DNA from: Eledone cirrhosa
Lineage: Eukaryota
Length of the DNA: 64,000 bases
Assembly (NCBI GenBank): GCA_964016885.1
Contig: OZ024755.1
Coordinates: 27,032,001-27,096,000, forward strand
Direction: 5' to 3'
Shown: in pieces, positions 48,706 through 62,269 of the stretch
How positions within the stretch are numbered: position 1 is the stretch's first letter
Layout of the letters: every line of letters begins with the position of its first letter
Translations under genes and position numbers: made by a program
Notes under the pieces: model-generated
The model's input: only the letters and a program-made list of their open reading frames with translations
Database searches by the model: none
What the model was told of the DNA's origin: nothing

Positions 48706-51700
48706 AGCTAGGTAGACTAGGCCACTTGTAGTATTACCTATTTCATATCTGTGTTAAAAGCTCCTAACATCTAATGAGAACTGTAAAATCTTATCAGAGT
48801 TCTACTTTCTTCATTCTCTTTCGTGGCTTTTCTCTATGGAGACTGGTTAAATGACGACACATGTCATTCCAACTTCAAACTTCCTGGGTGAGTGAATCTC
48901 TACATGGTTCCTGAACCTGCTAGAAATGGCAGTAAAATGTTTATCAAATCACGCTCTTCTGTCTTAAAAATATGAAAGTATATGAAAGACACATTAAATA
49001 ATTTAGTCTTAGATCCACAATGCCTAAATTTAAGACTGAATAATCACATCTGGAATTCTTTCGATTATATATCTGCTTGGCAGTGGATTGGCAATATCGG
49101 TAGAGGGTCGAGCGTCATGCTTTGCAGCATAGAGTTATGGTACTTTACGAGTCTATGAGATTTTGATATTATGTGAAGTAAAGCCTTTACCGTGAAAATA
49201 CAATAGTATATATAGAGTAATGTAAATGCTAAAGGGTTAAAATACCGATCTTACATTTCATCTTTCTGAAGAGGCAAGTATGAAATGTATAGAATTCAAT
49301 GAACTTTAAACCTTTTCCTCTACAAAATAGTGCACCATTCTTAGAGGAAAAAAGCCTCAAGTGCATTAGTAGAATGTTATCAGTATTTTTGTTGTGCAAT
49401 TATTGTTGATAAATTCTCATTATTCCTTGAGTAAAATTTTGGATTCGATATTATGTGAAGTAAAGCCTTTACCAAGAAAATACAATAGTATATATAGAGT
49501 AATGTAAATGTTAAAGGGTTAAGTTGGCTCAAGGCTGTAGTAAAAAACATTTGACCAATATTTTGTGCAATATGATTGAACCCAGGACAGTATTAATGCA
49601 AAGCACACTTTTTAACCGCATGGCTTTTCCTATGCCTACATGACCTGGCTTAGAAACATTTATTTTCCTAGAACAGTAACAATCATAAAGCTGAATGCAG
49701 CTCTCCACACTTAATACATGCAGACTGGTATTTATTTATGTCAGAATAATCATGTTGTTATTGTATTAATTGCTGTTGCTGTTGTTTATTGATTTTGTTC
49801 CTTCCACTTGGGAAACAAATCCACTTTCATTGTACTTGTATGGAATATCAATATCATGATAGTAAACTGGATCAGTGTGAATCAGCATATTGCATATCCA
49901 CCTCCAGACATGGCTGCTATTATGTCATAAGTCTCTACTGAAAATGATATATGGGTATGATTTCCTATTGCTTTCTTTTAGAATTTTTACTTGGGAACGT
50001 TGGAGGTTGTTTATGTTGCTGTTTACTCCAAAATCAATACCATGATTGAACAAACCTATGATAAAAAGCATTCCAACATTGACCATCAAGTGTTTTTGTA
50101 TATTTGGAACTATTATACAACATATCCTTCCTTTATTTGTGAAATCGTGGAGTATATTTGATGGTGACTTGGTTGCTATTTCTAGCATGTCAACCAACTA
50201 TGTAGAGAGCCCCTGGGTGGTTTGTAGTTTTGGGAGTGTTAGAAAATGGTAGTTGTAGCATTCATGTTTTCCAAGGACATCCGTGTATAACAAGATGGCC
50301 AAATTAGTAAGATACTAGACTTTGATTACTGCCCCTTTCACTATTTCAAATACACTGATAGTATTTTGTTGTTTTTTAATTTTCAACATATTACTGATTT
50401 TTTTTTTTAGTTAATTTTGTGGATGGATAAAAGGCAAACTAGACATTGGGAGGAACAGTCAATATACACCCCACCCACACCCCCTACTCCATCCTCCCAC
50501 TTCTGTCCACACCACTCTTTCTCTGTAAAGTTATGTTGGTACCACAGAACATCCAGTCCGCACTGTAAAGTGGTCGTGTAGGTGTGACGACAAAAAGGCT
50601 CCCAGTCCACACTGTAAATGTGGTTGGCGTAAGGAAGGGCATCCAGCCAGATAACCTGCCAAAAGCAGTTCTATATGAGCAAGACACAGTCACCCGACCA
50701 ATTTTGCCTCAAGTCGGACAAACCCGCCCAACCCATGCTAACGTGGAAGATGGGCGTTAAACAATGAGGTTCCATTCTGTTAGTTTGTTGACCTAACTAT
50801 TTACACCAATATTTCTAGTTAGGCACGTGGCTGAGTAGTTAGAGGATTGGATTTACATTTGTGAGGTTGTGAGCTCGATTCACGGACCAGGCGATGCGTT
50901 ATGTCCTTGAGCAAGACACTTTATTCATGTTACTCCTTTTGCCTGGATTTGCGACCGATAACAATTGGAAAGACTGATGGAAACATTGTTTCCTCAGTCT
51001 GATTTGAGAAGCTCCACCCAACTCATTAAGCGAATGATTTCTAGTTATTGTATCATAGGAGTAGAATGGGTGAGCAGATTTGTCTTGAGTTCAGAGCCTC
51101 TGCAAGCCTTTTGTTATATATTTGATCAATACAGTTAATCCTGAAATCTATATTTCACCTAATTTTCAAGAAAAGCTAATGGATTATATGGAAATGTTTT
51201 CTGTCGTAGCCTGGAAATTGACGGGAATATTTATTTCTCATCCTTTTCACAGAATGAAATCAGAGCCAGGCACCAGCTCCATTTTATTAGAAAGGCATTT
51301 AAATTAAGATTATATGACATTTACAGGGACCCTTTATTTATTTATTTATTTATTCAAAACTGTTTAGTCAGGTAGATAAAGGCAGTACACATTGGCTCAT
51401 TTCAGGACCTCTGTAACTGGTGAGATGAAGTTATTTTCAAACCTAAGGCCAAATGTCTGCAACATAGTGGACTTGAATAAAGGCATTGAAGAGCCAAATA
51501 GTAGTGTTAAAATCTGTGATGAATTAAGTCTATCACCCAAGAAGGCTTCAGTGGGATTTGAACTAAAAATGCAGAGAGTTAAAACAAATATCACAACACT
51601 AATAATTCCACCAATCCACTGTTCTGGACTTATTTTATATTATAGAGAACTTAGGTGAATTTAGACTCTGAATGTAGAGAATGAGAATAAATAAAATTTC

Positions 51701-52653
51701 CTTGCTGGTTGTTTAAGTGAAGTGAAAAGACTGCAACTGGGAATCAAAATGAAGTAACCAACTCATCTTGTTAAGTCACTTCCTTCTACTCTACAGAAAA
51801 CAGGAAAGGAAAGCAATCAATTCTCAAATCGGACCAAGGAAACAATGTTTCCATTAGACTTTCCAGTGCTGATACTATCTGCTGGTTGCAAGTCTAGTGG
51901 TGAGGATAATTGCAATGATTATGATGGAGATAATGGCGATGGTGATAATGGTTTCTAATTTTAGCACAAGGCCAACAATTTAATGGAAGGGAAAACTGAT
52001 TAAATTGACTCCGGTTCATGATTGGTTCATTATTTACTGACCCCCAGAAGGATGAAAAGCAGAGTAGACTTTGCGTGGATATGATGGAGATAATAATTAT
52101 GGCAATGATGGAAGTAGTGATGGTTGTAATGATGATGATGCTAACAATCGGTTTAACTTTCAAAACACACCACACCATGCAGAATATCTTTCAGTTTTGG
52201 GGAGCCACATTTAAAAACAAAAAAAAAAATGTCCTTGTTCTGCTCCCATTAACATCATTAGAAACATTATCCCTCCCCCTCAACCACCACTACCGCCACT
52301 ACTACCACCACTGCTGCTGCTGTTCCTGACATCACATGCAACAAGTGAAATCACCCACTCACAACAGAACATCTCCTCCTCCCACGCCTCAAACAAACAA
52401 ACAAATAATAAAGAAAAAGAAAGCAAAATGGAAACTAAGTCAAATAAAAGAATGTATGTATAACATGCAAAGGCTTAACCTGTTCCAACAGATATTGATC
52501 AGAGCAGTTTGTATTGAATAGCAGTGTAACTGTGAAACTGTAAACTGTTTACTACACAAAACAATTAAATTGGAGTAATTGCTGTAGTATGTAGCAACTG
52601 ATGGTCGGGGTAAAATGTAATGCATGGATTCTTGGAGACTAATTTGTGGTTAA

Positions 52654-53086
52654 CCCTTCAGCATTTACATTACTCCATATTTACTGTTATCTCCATCATA
52701 TCCCCGCAAGGTCTACTCAGCCTTTCATCTTTCTCGGGGTCAGTAAATAATGTAACGGTCATGAACTGGAGTTGATTTAATCAATTTTCCCTGCCAGTAA
52801 ATTGCTGGCCTTGTGCCAACATTAAAAACTATTAACACCATCACCATCACCATTATGATCATTGCAATTATCAACATCACTATCAAAATCCTCATTAACA
52901 TGATGTAACACGTAAAGGCTTTATTTCACAAAATTTTCTCACATAATATCGAATCTATAAGATTTCAATATTATTTATTTTGAGAACAATACCTAAACAT
53001 TAGTATGAGTGGCCGGTTACAGCCGGTTTGAACAGAAAGAGGTGAGAGAATTCTGGCCGGATATGGCTGGTTTAAATGCTAAAGGA
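52654..53086. mobile_element. piggyBac-type MITE P1 interrupted by a SINE fragment
   Basis: P1 ends with TTAA; Meta-like SINE piece at about 52700-52830. Confidence 0.75.
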
Positions 53087-53479
53087 TTAATCCAACAGCA
53101 TTGACTGGAGATTGTTGTTGTTTTTGTTTAACTTCAGGTTAAACCAGACCAAGCAGGCTTGTGATCAAAAGTATTCCATCTCTGACCCTCTTCTCTTCTT
53201 TTCTTTATTTGATAGGTTGGTGGGGAGGGGAGGGGCTATCTATTAATTAAGACTCTGGCTTGTGGTTTGGAGGAAATTTGTCTGCTATTTCTAGCAGGTA
53301 AACTGACTGTGTAGAGACTTCATTGTTGGCTTTACAAAATGTAAAGTACTTCACCTGATGAGGAATGGCACCTCAGTGTTCCTTATGACAGACAGATACA
53401 TACTTACCAGTCTACTCATGAAGAAGAAGTACAGATGGTGAAGAGCTGTAGTCACATGATTTTATGATAACTAGTTTAA

Positions 53480-53699
53480 CCCTTTAATATTGACATTACT
53501 CTATATTTACTATTGTATTTTCACGGTAAAGGATCTCACATAATATCTTACATAACATCGAATCTATGAGATTTTGATATTATTTATTTTTAGAACAATA
53601 CCTTAACATCAGTATGAGTGGCTGGTTACAGCTAGTTTGAACAGAAAGAAGTGAGAGAATTCTGGCCGGACATGGCTGGTTGGTTTAAATGCTAATGGA
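53480..53699. mobile_element. piggyBac-type MITE P1
   Basis: TTAA flanks and P1 body. Confidence 0.8.
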
Positions 53700-54265
53700 T
53701 TAAGATACTTTACATTTCTCAATTGAAATTCTGCTGAGGAATGGATGCCTTTACTGCTTATCTGATTAAGTCAAGATACTTTACTGCACTGGTCTCTATT
53801 GCAGTCAACTGAATCAGGAAGGACAGAAATAAATAAAAGAGGAAGGTTGGTTGGTGGTTGTGGGGAGGTCATGTAGAACTTGTTGTTTAGATATGGGTCT
53901 GCCCTGATTGAGCAGACCTATAATCAAAGGTGCTCCAATTGTGAACATACTGTCATTTTCTTTTCAGACTATACCTAGGACTACATTATATTTTTAAGAT
54001 GGCAGGATGTGATTTGAAGGAGATTTGGTTGAAATTTCTTACAAATTCATGTGTCTAGTTCATAGCAGTGTAGATTGTCAGAAAGAAGATCAAGATAGTT
54101 ATAATTGGAATGTCTTTGATCATAGGTTTGCAATCAAGGTTAACCTGGCACTAAACAACAAAAAGAAAAAGTAGATAATAAAAAATGAAAGATGTAGTAA
54201 GTGTTTATCGCTGGATATTATAAAATACTAGACCATCTGTGACCCATTGGATCATATTCACTTAA

Positions 54266-54484
54266 CCCTTTAGCATTTACATTATTCCATAAACACTATT
54301 GTATTTTTGTGGTAAAGGCTTTACTTCACATAAATATCTCATAATATTTAATCAATGAGATTTTGATATTATTTATTTTAAGAACAATACTTTAATGTAT
54401 GTATGAGCAGCCGATTACAGCCAGTTTGAACAGAAAAGGGTGAGAGAATTCTGGCCGGATACAGCTGGTTTAAATGCTAAAGGG
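54266..54484. mobile_element. piggyBac-type MITE P1, perfect ends
   Basis: TTAA-CCCTTTAGCATTTA ... TAAATGCTAAAGGG-TTAA. Confidence 0.9.
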
Positions 54485-55566
54485 TTAAAAATATTTTTTT
54501 TAAAATCATGTTCACTTAAAAATAATTTTTAAACAAATAAAATACCACTATCTCTTTCTTTCTATTTATGAAGGTACCCAGAAAAACCCCGTATCTTGGG
54601 AACCCATGCTCCGATTTATGCGAAACTTGTTTTATTCCATTTGTATTCCCATTCCAGGCGTAACTTCCTTTCAAAGTATTTTCCCATTATGCTCCATTTT
54701 GGCTGTTTTAAATTACAGACAAGACATTATCACAGAGTTTTAGTAGTATATAGATAGATAAGGTTAAGATATATGCTAGCAACAAAAAGAAATACACCTT
54801 ATTGTGATTTATGGACTTTACCACTCTATGATGGTTATATTTGCAAAGAAGCTTTATAAATACTTAAACATGTTTAAATAAGACTAAATATATTGTATAA
54901 TAAATATGTGCAACACAGCGTATATTAGAAAATATGAGATTAATTTAATGTAGGTATAACTATAGTTTTAAATGATAAGCCTTGCTGTGAAAAAGAAACA
55001 ATTTTTAACACATTTATGTTATTCTCTTCATACACAGAAAAGCCTTATCTCTTCTCACTTATCTCTTCGGTTTATAATTTAAACCTGTAGTTACAAGTAT
55101 ACCTACATTAAATTCATCCTAGGCTTTCTAAATGTACTGTCAATGGCAGCAGATGGGGGGAAACAAGTAAACCATAACTTGTCAAGTAATATCTTAAAAT
55201 TTATTGGATTTGTTCATTTGACTGGAAACTTAAGCAATTATAGGTTGTTCCTTTTCTCCTTTTTTTTGTCTGCTTTTCTTTCGTTCTTTTCCTATAATAT
55301 CGATCAGAGAAAAGAATACAAACAATGAATTGCAGAGGAAGATGATGGGATAGAGTAGTGAATGAGGTGGTTGAGTCATGTGTTGAGCAAAGCTGAAAGT
55401 AATTGGGTGAGAGGAGTAAGGGAAACATGTAGGAGGAGGCGGAGGAAAGGAAAAAAGAAACATAACTAAAGATGATAGAAGAGGAAATGAAATTGTTGTT
55501 GCTATTGTTATTGTATATTGTCAGATTATAATGGAGGACAAGGCAAAGCAAACCATTAATGGCATC

Positions 55567-55750
55567 AACTGGCAGTGTAGAGCGTCAGACACCATGCTTC
55601 GCAGCATAGTTATGGCCCTTTACGCTCTGAGTCCAAATCCGGCCGAAGTTAACTTTGCCTTTCATCCTTACGGCGGTCAATAAAGTAAAGTACCAGTAAT
55701 GCACTGGGGTGGAAATTGCTGGCCTTGTGCCAAAAGTAGAAACAATTATT
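55567..55750 (+). mobile_element. SINE family A
   Basis: Family consensus. Confidence 0.8.
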
Positions 55751-55802
55751 ATATTTCTGTTTTTAAATAACGACCTGGCAGCCGGTATAGATAGATAGAT
55801 TA

Positions 55803-56064
55803 TCTGTATATAAATTTGAGTGGCTTCCATCCGTCTGCCCATCAGACAATGTGTGTGTGTGTGTGTTTGTATGAATATGTATGTGTAAAAGGAAGGAAGG
55901 AAGGGGGTGGTGAAAAAAACTATAGCGAAACTATAGTGACTAGCATTTCATTTGCTACGTTGTGTGTGAGTGTATGCGCATGTTTGTATAACTGTATATA
56001 TGTGTAAATGTATATATGTGTAAATGTATATATGTGTAAATGTATATGTGCGTGTTTGTGTTAA

Positions 56065-56095
<31 letters not shown>

Positions 56096-56170
56096 TAATG
56101 TGTGTATATTTGTGTGAATGTATGTCTGTGGGTGTGTATTTTTGTAAGTGTGGCTGTGTTTGCGTGTTAA
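55803..56170 (+). mobile_element. Helitron-like 5' fragment with GT-rich interior
   Basis: A|TCTGTATATAAATTTGAG start; homologous to 12878-13112. Confidence 0.5.
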
Positions 56171-56263
56171 TATTTATCGATAAAATAAAGTACCAGTAAT
56201 GAACTGGGTAATTGCTGGCCTTGTGCCTAAAGTAGAAACATATTTATATATACATACATATAT

Positions 56264-56610
56264 GGAGGCACATGGCTTAGTGGTTAGAGCATTGGCCTTG
56301 CAATCGAAAGGTTGTGAGTTCAATTCTCAGACTGGGTGATGTGTTGTTTCCTTGAGCAAGACACTTTATTTCACATTGCTCCAGTTTACTCAGCTGTAGA
56401 AATGAGATGACAGGGACTGGGGTCCCTATCATTCCACTGCAAAGTGGTCGTGGAGGTGCCCACGGCAAAAAAAAGCATCCAGCACTCACTGTAAATGAGG
56501 TTGGTGTTAGGAAGGGCATCCAGCTGTAGAAATCAAGCCAGAATCAGTTCCCGTCCGACCCTTGCAAGCAGGGAAAAAGCGGACGTAAAATGAAATGATG
56601 ATGATGATGA
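56264..56610 (+). mobile_element. SINE family B
   Basis: Colinear with 12547-12877; (GAT)n tail. Confidence 0.9.
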
Positions 56611-57178
56611 TATAAATGTATGTACATGCACATCCGCGTTAGTTTGTTGAAAAAAAATCATAGTATTATAAAAGGCAGTGAAACTAAATCTAGGGTTAAA
56701 ATTAGCCTCCAGACTTTAGTTATTTGTCAACAGCAGGGTCTGGAGAATATAGCAGTGAAACAGATGAAGTGCATAATATAGCACATACAGTACTGGTTGG
56801 GTCACATTTTAAATGCTCCAATTAAGGTCGAAACAGCAGCAGCGTCAATTAAGACTATCATGTGGCTACTGACTTAAATACAACAATAACAACATTGGAT
56901 ACTGTAGTCTTGCCTGACATAAATAATAAACAGAACCGTCATGGTTGGAATGTCTTTCATCGTAGGTCTGTTTGATCAGGGCCAACTTGGGACTAAACAA
57001 CTATAACAACAATGGTTGAACAAGACCATTTATAAATAGTTATTTTTCAGATTGAGGTTATTCTGTCTGTCTGTATATATATATATTGTTATATATAATA
57101 TATATATTGTTTTATATAAAATATATATATATATATATACTGCCTCTCTGTTTTGTTCCCGTTCAGTTTTTCACTATC

Positions 57179-57236
<58 letters not shown>

Positions 57237-57766
57237 GAATCACTAAATACATAAGAATGGTAGACAGGAAATAGTACCCTCATCTTTCCACCACCTGTTT
57301 TCGTTTTTTTTTTTTTTAGGTTTATACAGGAAACAGGTGATATCATTTAAGACAAAAATGGGGACAAAAAGGGATAGTTTATTTTAGTACCAAAAAAACA
57401 TCCCCAAACTTACCAAAATATTTGGTGAGTTGGTAATTATTTTGTGAGTTGGTAATTATTTTGACTCTGGTGGAGACAAAGAATATAATATACATTTCAT
57501 ACACCCCACTCCCTACCAAATAACCCATACTGCATATATAAATATACACACATGTAGACAATTTTTTTTTTAATATAATTCTTTACATGTAGAAACACAT
57601 ACACATATACATTCACACACACGCATATATATTTGTATATACACACACAGGAAAATAGGATGTTAAAATGACAATGGTGATGATGATGATGATACACACA
57701 CACAGGGAAATTAGATGATAAAACGACAATGATGATGATGATGATGATATATATATATATATATAT

Positions 57767-57947
57767 ATATGAAAAAATTCAGGACTCCAACAGTTGAGCT
57801 CCGGCCATTTCGACAACTAGATCTGAAATGAGTTCAGATCTAGTTGTTGAAACAGCCGAGCTCAGCCGTTGGGGTCCTGAATCTTTTCATATTATCCAGT
57901 ACTCTGGTAGGTTATGGTCTAGCTGGTTTTTACCACACCCTATCTGA
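57767..57947. mobile_element. Fold-back element in (TA)n, same family as 1146-1284
   Basis: About 60-bp imperfect inverted arms 57767-57892 plus a one-sided extension. Confidence 0.6.
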
Positions 57948-57949
57948 TA

Positions 57950-58445
57950 TATGAAATTATTGTGTACAGTGCTCAGGTGCACTACAACTCATCAAAGGTG
58001 CATGTATAGTACATAGAATAATGTACAAGTGTCAGGAAAATGAACAGGGTATGAGTCATGATATAATAATAATAACAATGAAATATTGTGTACAGTGCCC
58101 AGGTGCACCACAACTCATCAAAAAGTGCATGTACAGTACATAGGGCAATGCACAAACATCAGGAAAATGAACAGTGCACGGGTCATGATACACACATGTG
58201 TGCATGTGTATGGAAGGGGTACATCAGGTGTAGTTTTGGCGTATTTCGGGAAGCATGAGTGTCTTAACGGATGCAGTGTCTCGGCAGCTAACAACTGATG
58301 CAGGCAGTTTGTTCCATGCTTTAGCAACTCTGAGCGGGAAAAAATGTCTACGAAAGTCATGGGAGCTGTGCTGTTTTCTGATTTTGTAGGCATGTCCACG
58401 TGTGTTAGACACATGGAGATAAAAAAGGTGCTCAGGGTTGCAATT
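57950..58445 (-). mobile_element. CR1-type LINE 3' end with partially duplicated tail
   Basis: ORF 58224-58412 TRGHAYKI..HFFPLRVAKAWNKLP is the typical CR1 C-terminus; 57950-58062 repeats the UTR. Confidence 0.88.
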
Positions 58446-58583
58446 GGCGATATCAGGATATTACCAGTTTTAAACTAGTAAGACCATTATTCAGCAGAGT
58501 GATATTAGAGAGAGTCAGGGCCTGATAGCTGAGATATATATATATACTATATATAATGGCATAAGTAGCAATGACTGCTACAT

Positions 58584-58799
58584 CAGGCATGTCAAACAGG
58601 CTGCCTGCAGGCCGCATGCATCCCTTTACAAGCACACCTGCAGCCCACACACACATTTTTACAGTGCGAGTATGTTTTATCTTTCTAATATAAAATGAAA
58701 AAAATTAGTTGTAATGTGCGCAATTAGTTGTGTGTGGCCCTCAGACAACACATATGTGACCCATGTGGTCCTCGGGCGACCCTCAGTTTGACATGCCTG
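58584..58799. mobile_element. hAT-type MITE, single-unit form
   Basis: Perfect 14-bp TIR CAGGCATGTCAAAC; TSD TGCTACAT/TGCTATAT. Confidence 0.9.
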
Positions 58800-59289
58800 T
58801 GCTATATGTTGCTTGCTGAGTGGTGTTGAAAGCAAGTGTTTGTGTCATGGTGATAGTCTTGAATCTTACATAAATACACCCATGTGGCAAGTGAACAAAC
58901 AAACAAAAAGAAGAGCACTCAATACATAGTATTTATTTTGGCATGTCTGTAGTGAATGAGTTACATGGTTATTAGACATACAGGTGTGCATGACTCTGCT
59001 TTAGGTTTATATGTAGATGCACACACACACATGCACACACATGCACACACATGCACACACACACACACATCATCATCATCGATTAACGTCTATCTTCCAC
59101 GCTAGCATGGGTTAAACGGGAGTTGTCCCACTTGAGGAAAGATTGGTCGGGTGACCGTGTCTCGCTCGTATAGGACTATCTGGCAGGTTATCTACGGCTG
59201 GATGCCCTTCCTAACACCAACCACATTTACAGTGTGGACTGGGAACCTTTTACCGTGTATATAAAAAAATATATATGTTGGGAGTGCAG

Positions 59290-59589
59290 AAGAACAATCA
59301 CACAAACTCTTTCAAGGACCGGAGCAAGAGACACTCTACTAGGCCGGCGGACCTGATATGGGACTTGAAGGACACCGGCACCCCGTATGATCTCAACTGG
59401 TGTATCATTCAACGTCCCAGTGCATATTCGGCCGGCGAGAGGAAGTGCAGGCTGTTCCTGTCCGAGGCCATGGAGATAGTCAGATTAAAGGATGGCACAG
59501 TCAACCTGAAATTGAAGATTATCATGACATGTAGACACCAGCGAAGGTGCACACTCTCTGCATGGCTACCTCCGGATGGCCCCAACTAG
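59290..59589 (+). mobile_element. Penelope-like element, GIY-YIG endonuclease C-terminal half
   Basis: NHTNSFK..HST..IWDLKD..W.II..Y..KCRL.LSE..CRH pattern in ORF 59275-59589. Confidence 0.75.
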
Positions 59590-59649
59590 TCGGGGTGGCA
59601 GCGCGGGTCCATGGAATCTGACACCATACCTTGATGACATATTTAAATC

Positions 59650-59922
59650 ATGGAATTTTCCTTAGAACCTAACTAATAATTGTTCATGGCAACCCACTGC
59701 ATATTCACAGAATCGTAAATATCTTCCGCGCTTTTTTCATGGGAATATAAATTTTTTTAACGCTAAATTATTAATAACAATATACTGTATTTGCCGACCT
59801 ATATCTTACATGATGTTTAGTCGTTTATAGGCATTTTTATGGACCACAACCAATATTCGTGGTTTTTCACTGTTCGCGGGTGCTCTAGGAACATAACCCC
59901 CACAAGTACCGGGGAACAACTG
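59650..59922. mobile_element. pogo/Tigger-like MITE, partial
   Basis: Homologous to 38934-39267; right end CGGGGAACAACTG-TA. Confidence 0.65.
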
Positions 59923-59930
59923 TATATATA

Positions 59931-60796
59931 TCTATATATATATAAAACAGAGAATGTCTGTCTGTCCGTTTTACTAAAACTCAAGAACCACCCAACCGAT
60001 ATTTTTCAAACTTTACACATGTAATACTTATGGTCATGTGAGTGTTTTGAGCAAAAAATATTTCAAATTTTCAATGCCCTAGGGACCGCATTAGGTGAAA
60101 AACTGCATATTTTAGGCTTTAAAGGCTTTTTTGAGGCATAACGGAACAATAATCCAGGCGATTTCTTCAAAATTTGCATTACTTATGTCGTTTAGAGTTT
60201 TGAACAAAAAAGATTTTCTCATCTTTTGCCCCAGGGACCGCATTAGGCAAAAAACCGATTTTTTAAAAAAGCATTTTGGTTGCGTTAGGGCCTGTAACTC
60301 GAGAAGTACCCAACCTATTTTTATTAAACTTTGCATATGCATTACTTATGTTTCACAAATTTTCTTGACTGAAAAAGATTTCAAATTTTTTACCCGGGAA
60401 CCGCATTGTTTAGCATTTTGGTTGCGTTAGGGCCTGTAACCTTAAAAGTATCCAACTAAATTCCTTTATGCTCTCCACCACTGCAGTCCCACATGCTTAC
60501 TGCTCTGTAACTATTGCTTTCATTGTACCATAGCACAACAAATACATGTTTGGTTTGTCGAATGCCTTTTTACTTAACCCTATCGTCTTGGCTTTCGTGG
60601 GTTGAACATTTTACTCTCAGGCACCCAATTAAGTTAAACCCCTGGTAATCTACAACAAATTTCTTTTATAAGCACAAAATGTAGACATGATCCCCAGGCC
60701 GAGGTATTGCGTACTTCTCTGTACTGTTTCAGAAAGGAGGGATAAACATGCCAATCTATGTTTAGAATCCCGAGCAACACCGGGCCATTCTGCTAG
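59931..60796 (+). mobile_element. Non-autonomous Helitron, complete
   Basis: A|TCTATATATATATAAAA start, GTCT repeats, subterminal CCCGAGCAACACCGGG hairpin, CTAG|T end. Confidence 0.88.
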
Positions 60797-60801
60797 TATA
60801 T

Positions 60802-61149
60802 ATCATCATCATCATCATCATCATCATTTTACGTCTGCTTTTCCCTGCTTGCAAGGGTGGGACGGGAACTGATTCTGGCTTGATTTCTACAGCTGGATGC
60901 CCTTCCTAACACCAACCTCATTTACAGTGAGTGCTGGGTGCTTTTTTGCCGTGGCACCTCCACGACCACTTTACAGTGGAATGATAGGGACCTCAGTCCC
61001 TATCATCTCATTTCTACAGCTGAGTAAACTGGAGCAATGTGAAATAAAGTGTCTTGCTCAAGGAAACAACACATCACCCGGTCTGAGTATTGAACTCACA
61101 ACCTTTCGATTGCAAGCCCAATGCTCTAACCACTAAGCCATGTGCCTCC
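60802..61149 (-). mobile_element. SINE family B
   Basis: Reverse complement of 56264-56610. Confidence 0.9.
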
Positions 61150-62091
61150 ATATATATGTGCCTCCATATATATATATATATTTATTTATATACGCACACA
61201 CACGTGTGTGTATGTGTTAAAGAATTATAAGAATGCAATCTTTAAGAAAGTTTCTGTTGGAGAGGGTGTAACGTTCAGAAAAGAATTATCAAAATATTTT
61301 TTCTTTTTTAGTTTAAAGAAGACATATGTATGGGGAAAATGTATATCTGCATATATATAGATAGATACACCCACATTTATACATACACACTCACAAATGC
61401 AGGCATACATATACGACATTAATGCAGACGTACATACTGACATATATATATACAAGCATTCATACTTACACATGTACAAATATACAAATAGATTGAATCA
61501 CACAGACATATACATGGACCCACAAGTACAATCATACACACACACACACAATATACATACACAGACACACAAACATTACTTAGACAGATACACCAAAGCG
61601 TGCACACACACACACTCGTATAGACATACAGATGCACACACACACACACATACACACAAAAACTAGCTTATGAATCTCATTTATTCATTATTTTTTGTAT
61701 AATGGAAGTTTAATCTAGAATTCTGCAAGTTGCATTTATTATGACATTAGTGAGATAGGCTTTGGAACTTTGTATATCTATATCAATATAAATGTGTATA
61801 CTTGGCCTTCTATATGTGTGTGTGTGTTTTGGATGCTTAATGCATTCAATCTATATTTATTTTTATATTAGAAACATCCAGTAGTTTAAACTGCTACTAA
61901 TGAAACAGATTAATGACTTTCTTGTACATTCCAGTGTATTTCATTAACATATTTCATGGTGAATTATGTCTTTAATGCTTAACATCCTGCACCACATGAA
62001 ACCGCATTAGCAAGACATTCTTGAATATTTAAGGGGGCCATGTGAAAATGATGTTAATGAGAACAAACCTTTGGTTTTACTTTATTACTTT

Positions 62092-62269
62092 TACACCAAG
62101 GCAACTTTGGTACACATTACTGTCAAAAACTCCTGCCTCACCTCCTCTATATGTTATTGTGTATCTGGCACCACCTACACCAAGGTGACTTTGGTACACA
62201 TTACTGTCAGAAACTCCTGTCTCACCTCCTCCATATGTTATTGTGTATCTGGCACCACTTATACACCAA
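62092..62269. repeat. 84-bp tandem duplication
   Basis: Units start 62092 and 62176. Confidence 0.9.

Noticed and set aside
57030-57110. Second WDFY3 coding exon after TTTTTCAG at 57050
   Set aside because: Following sequence gives no WDFY3-like peptide and runs into TA repeats.
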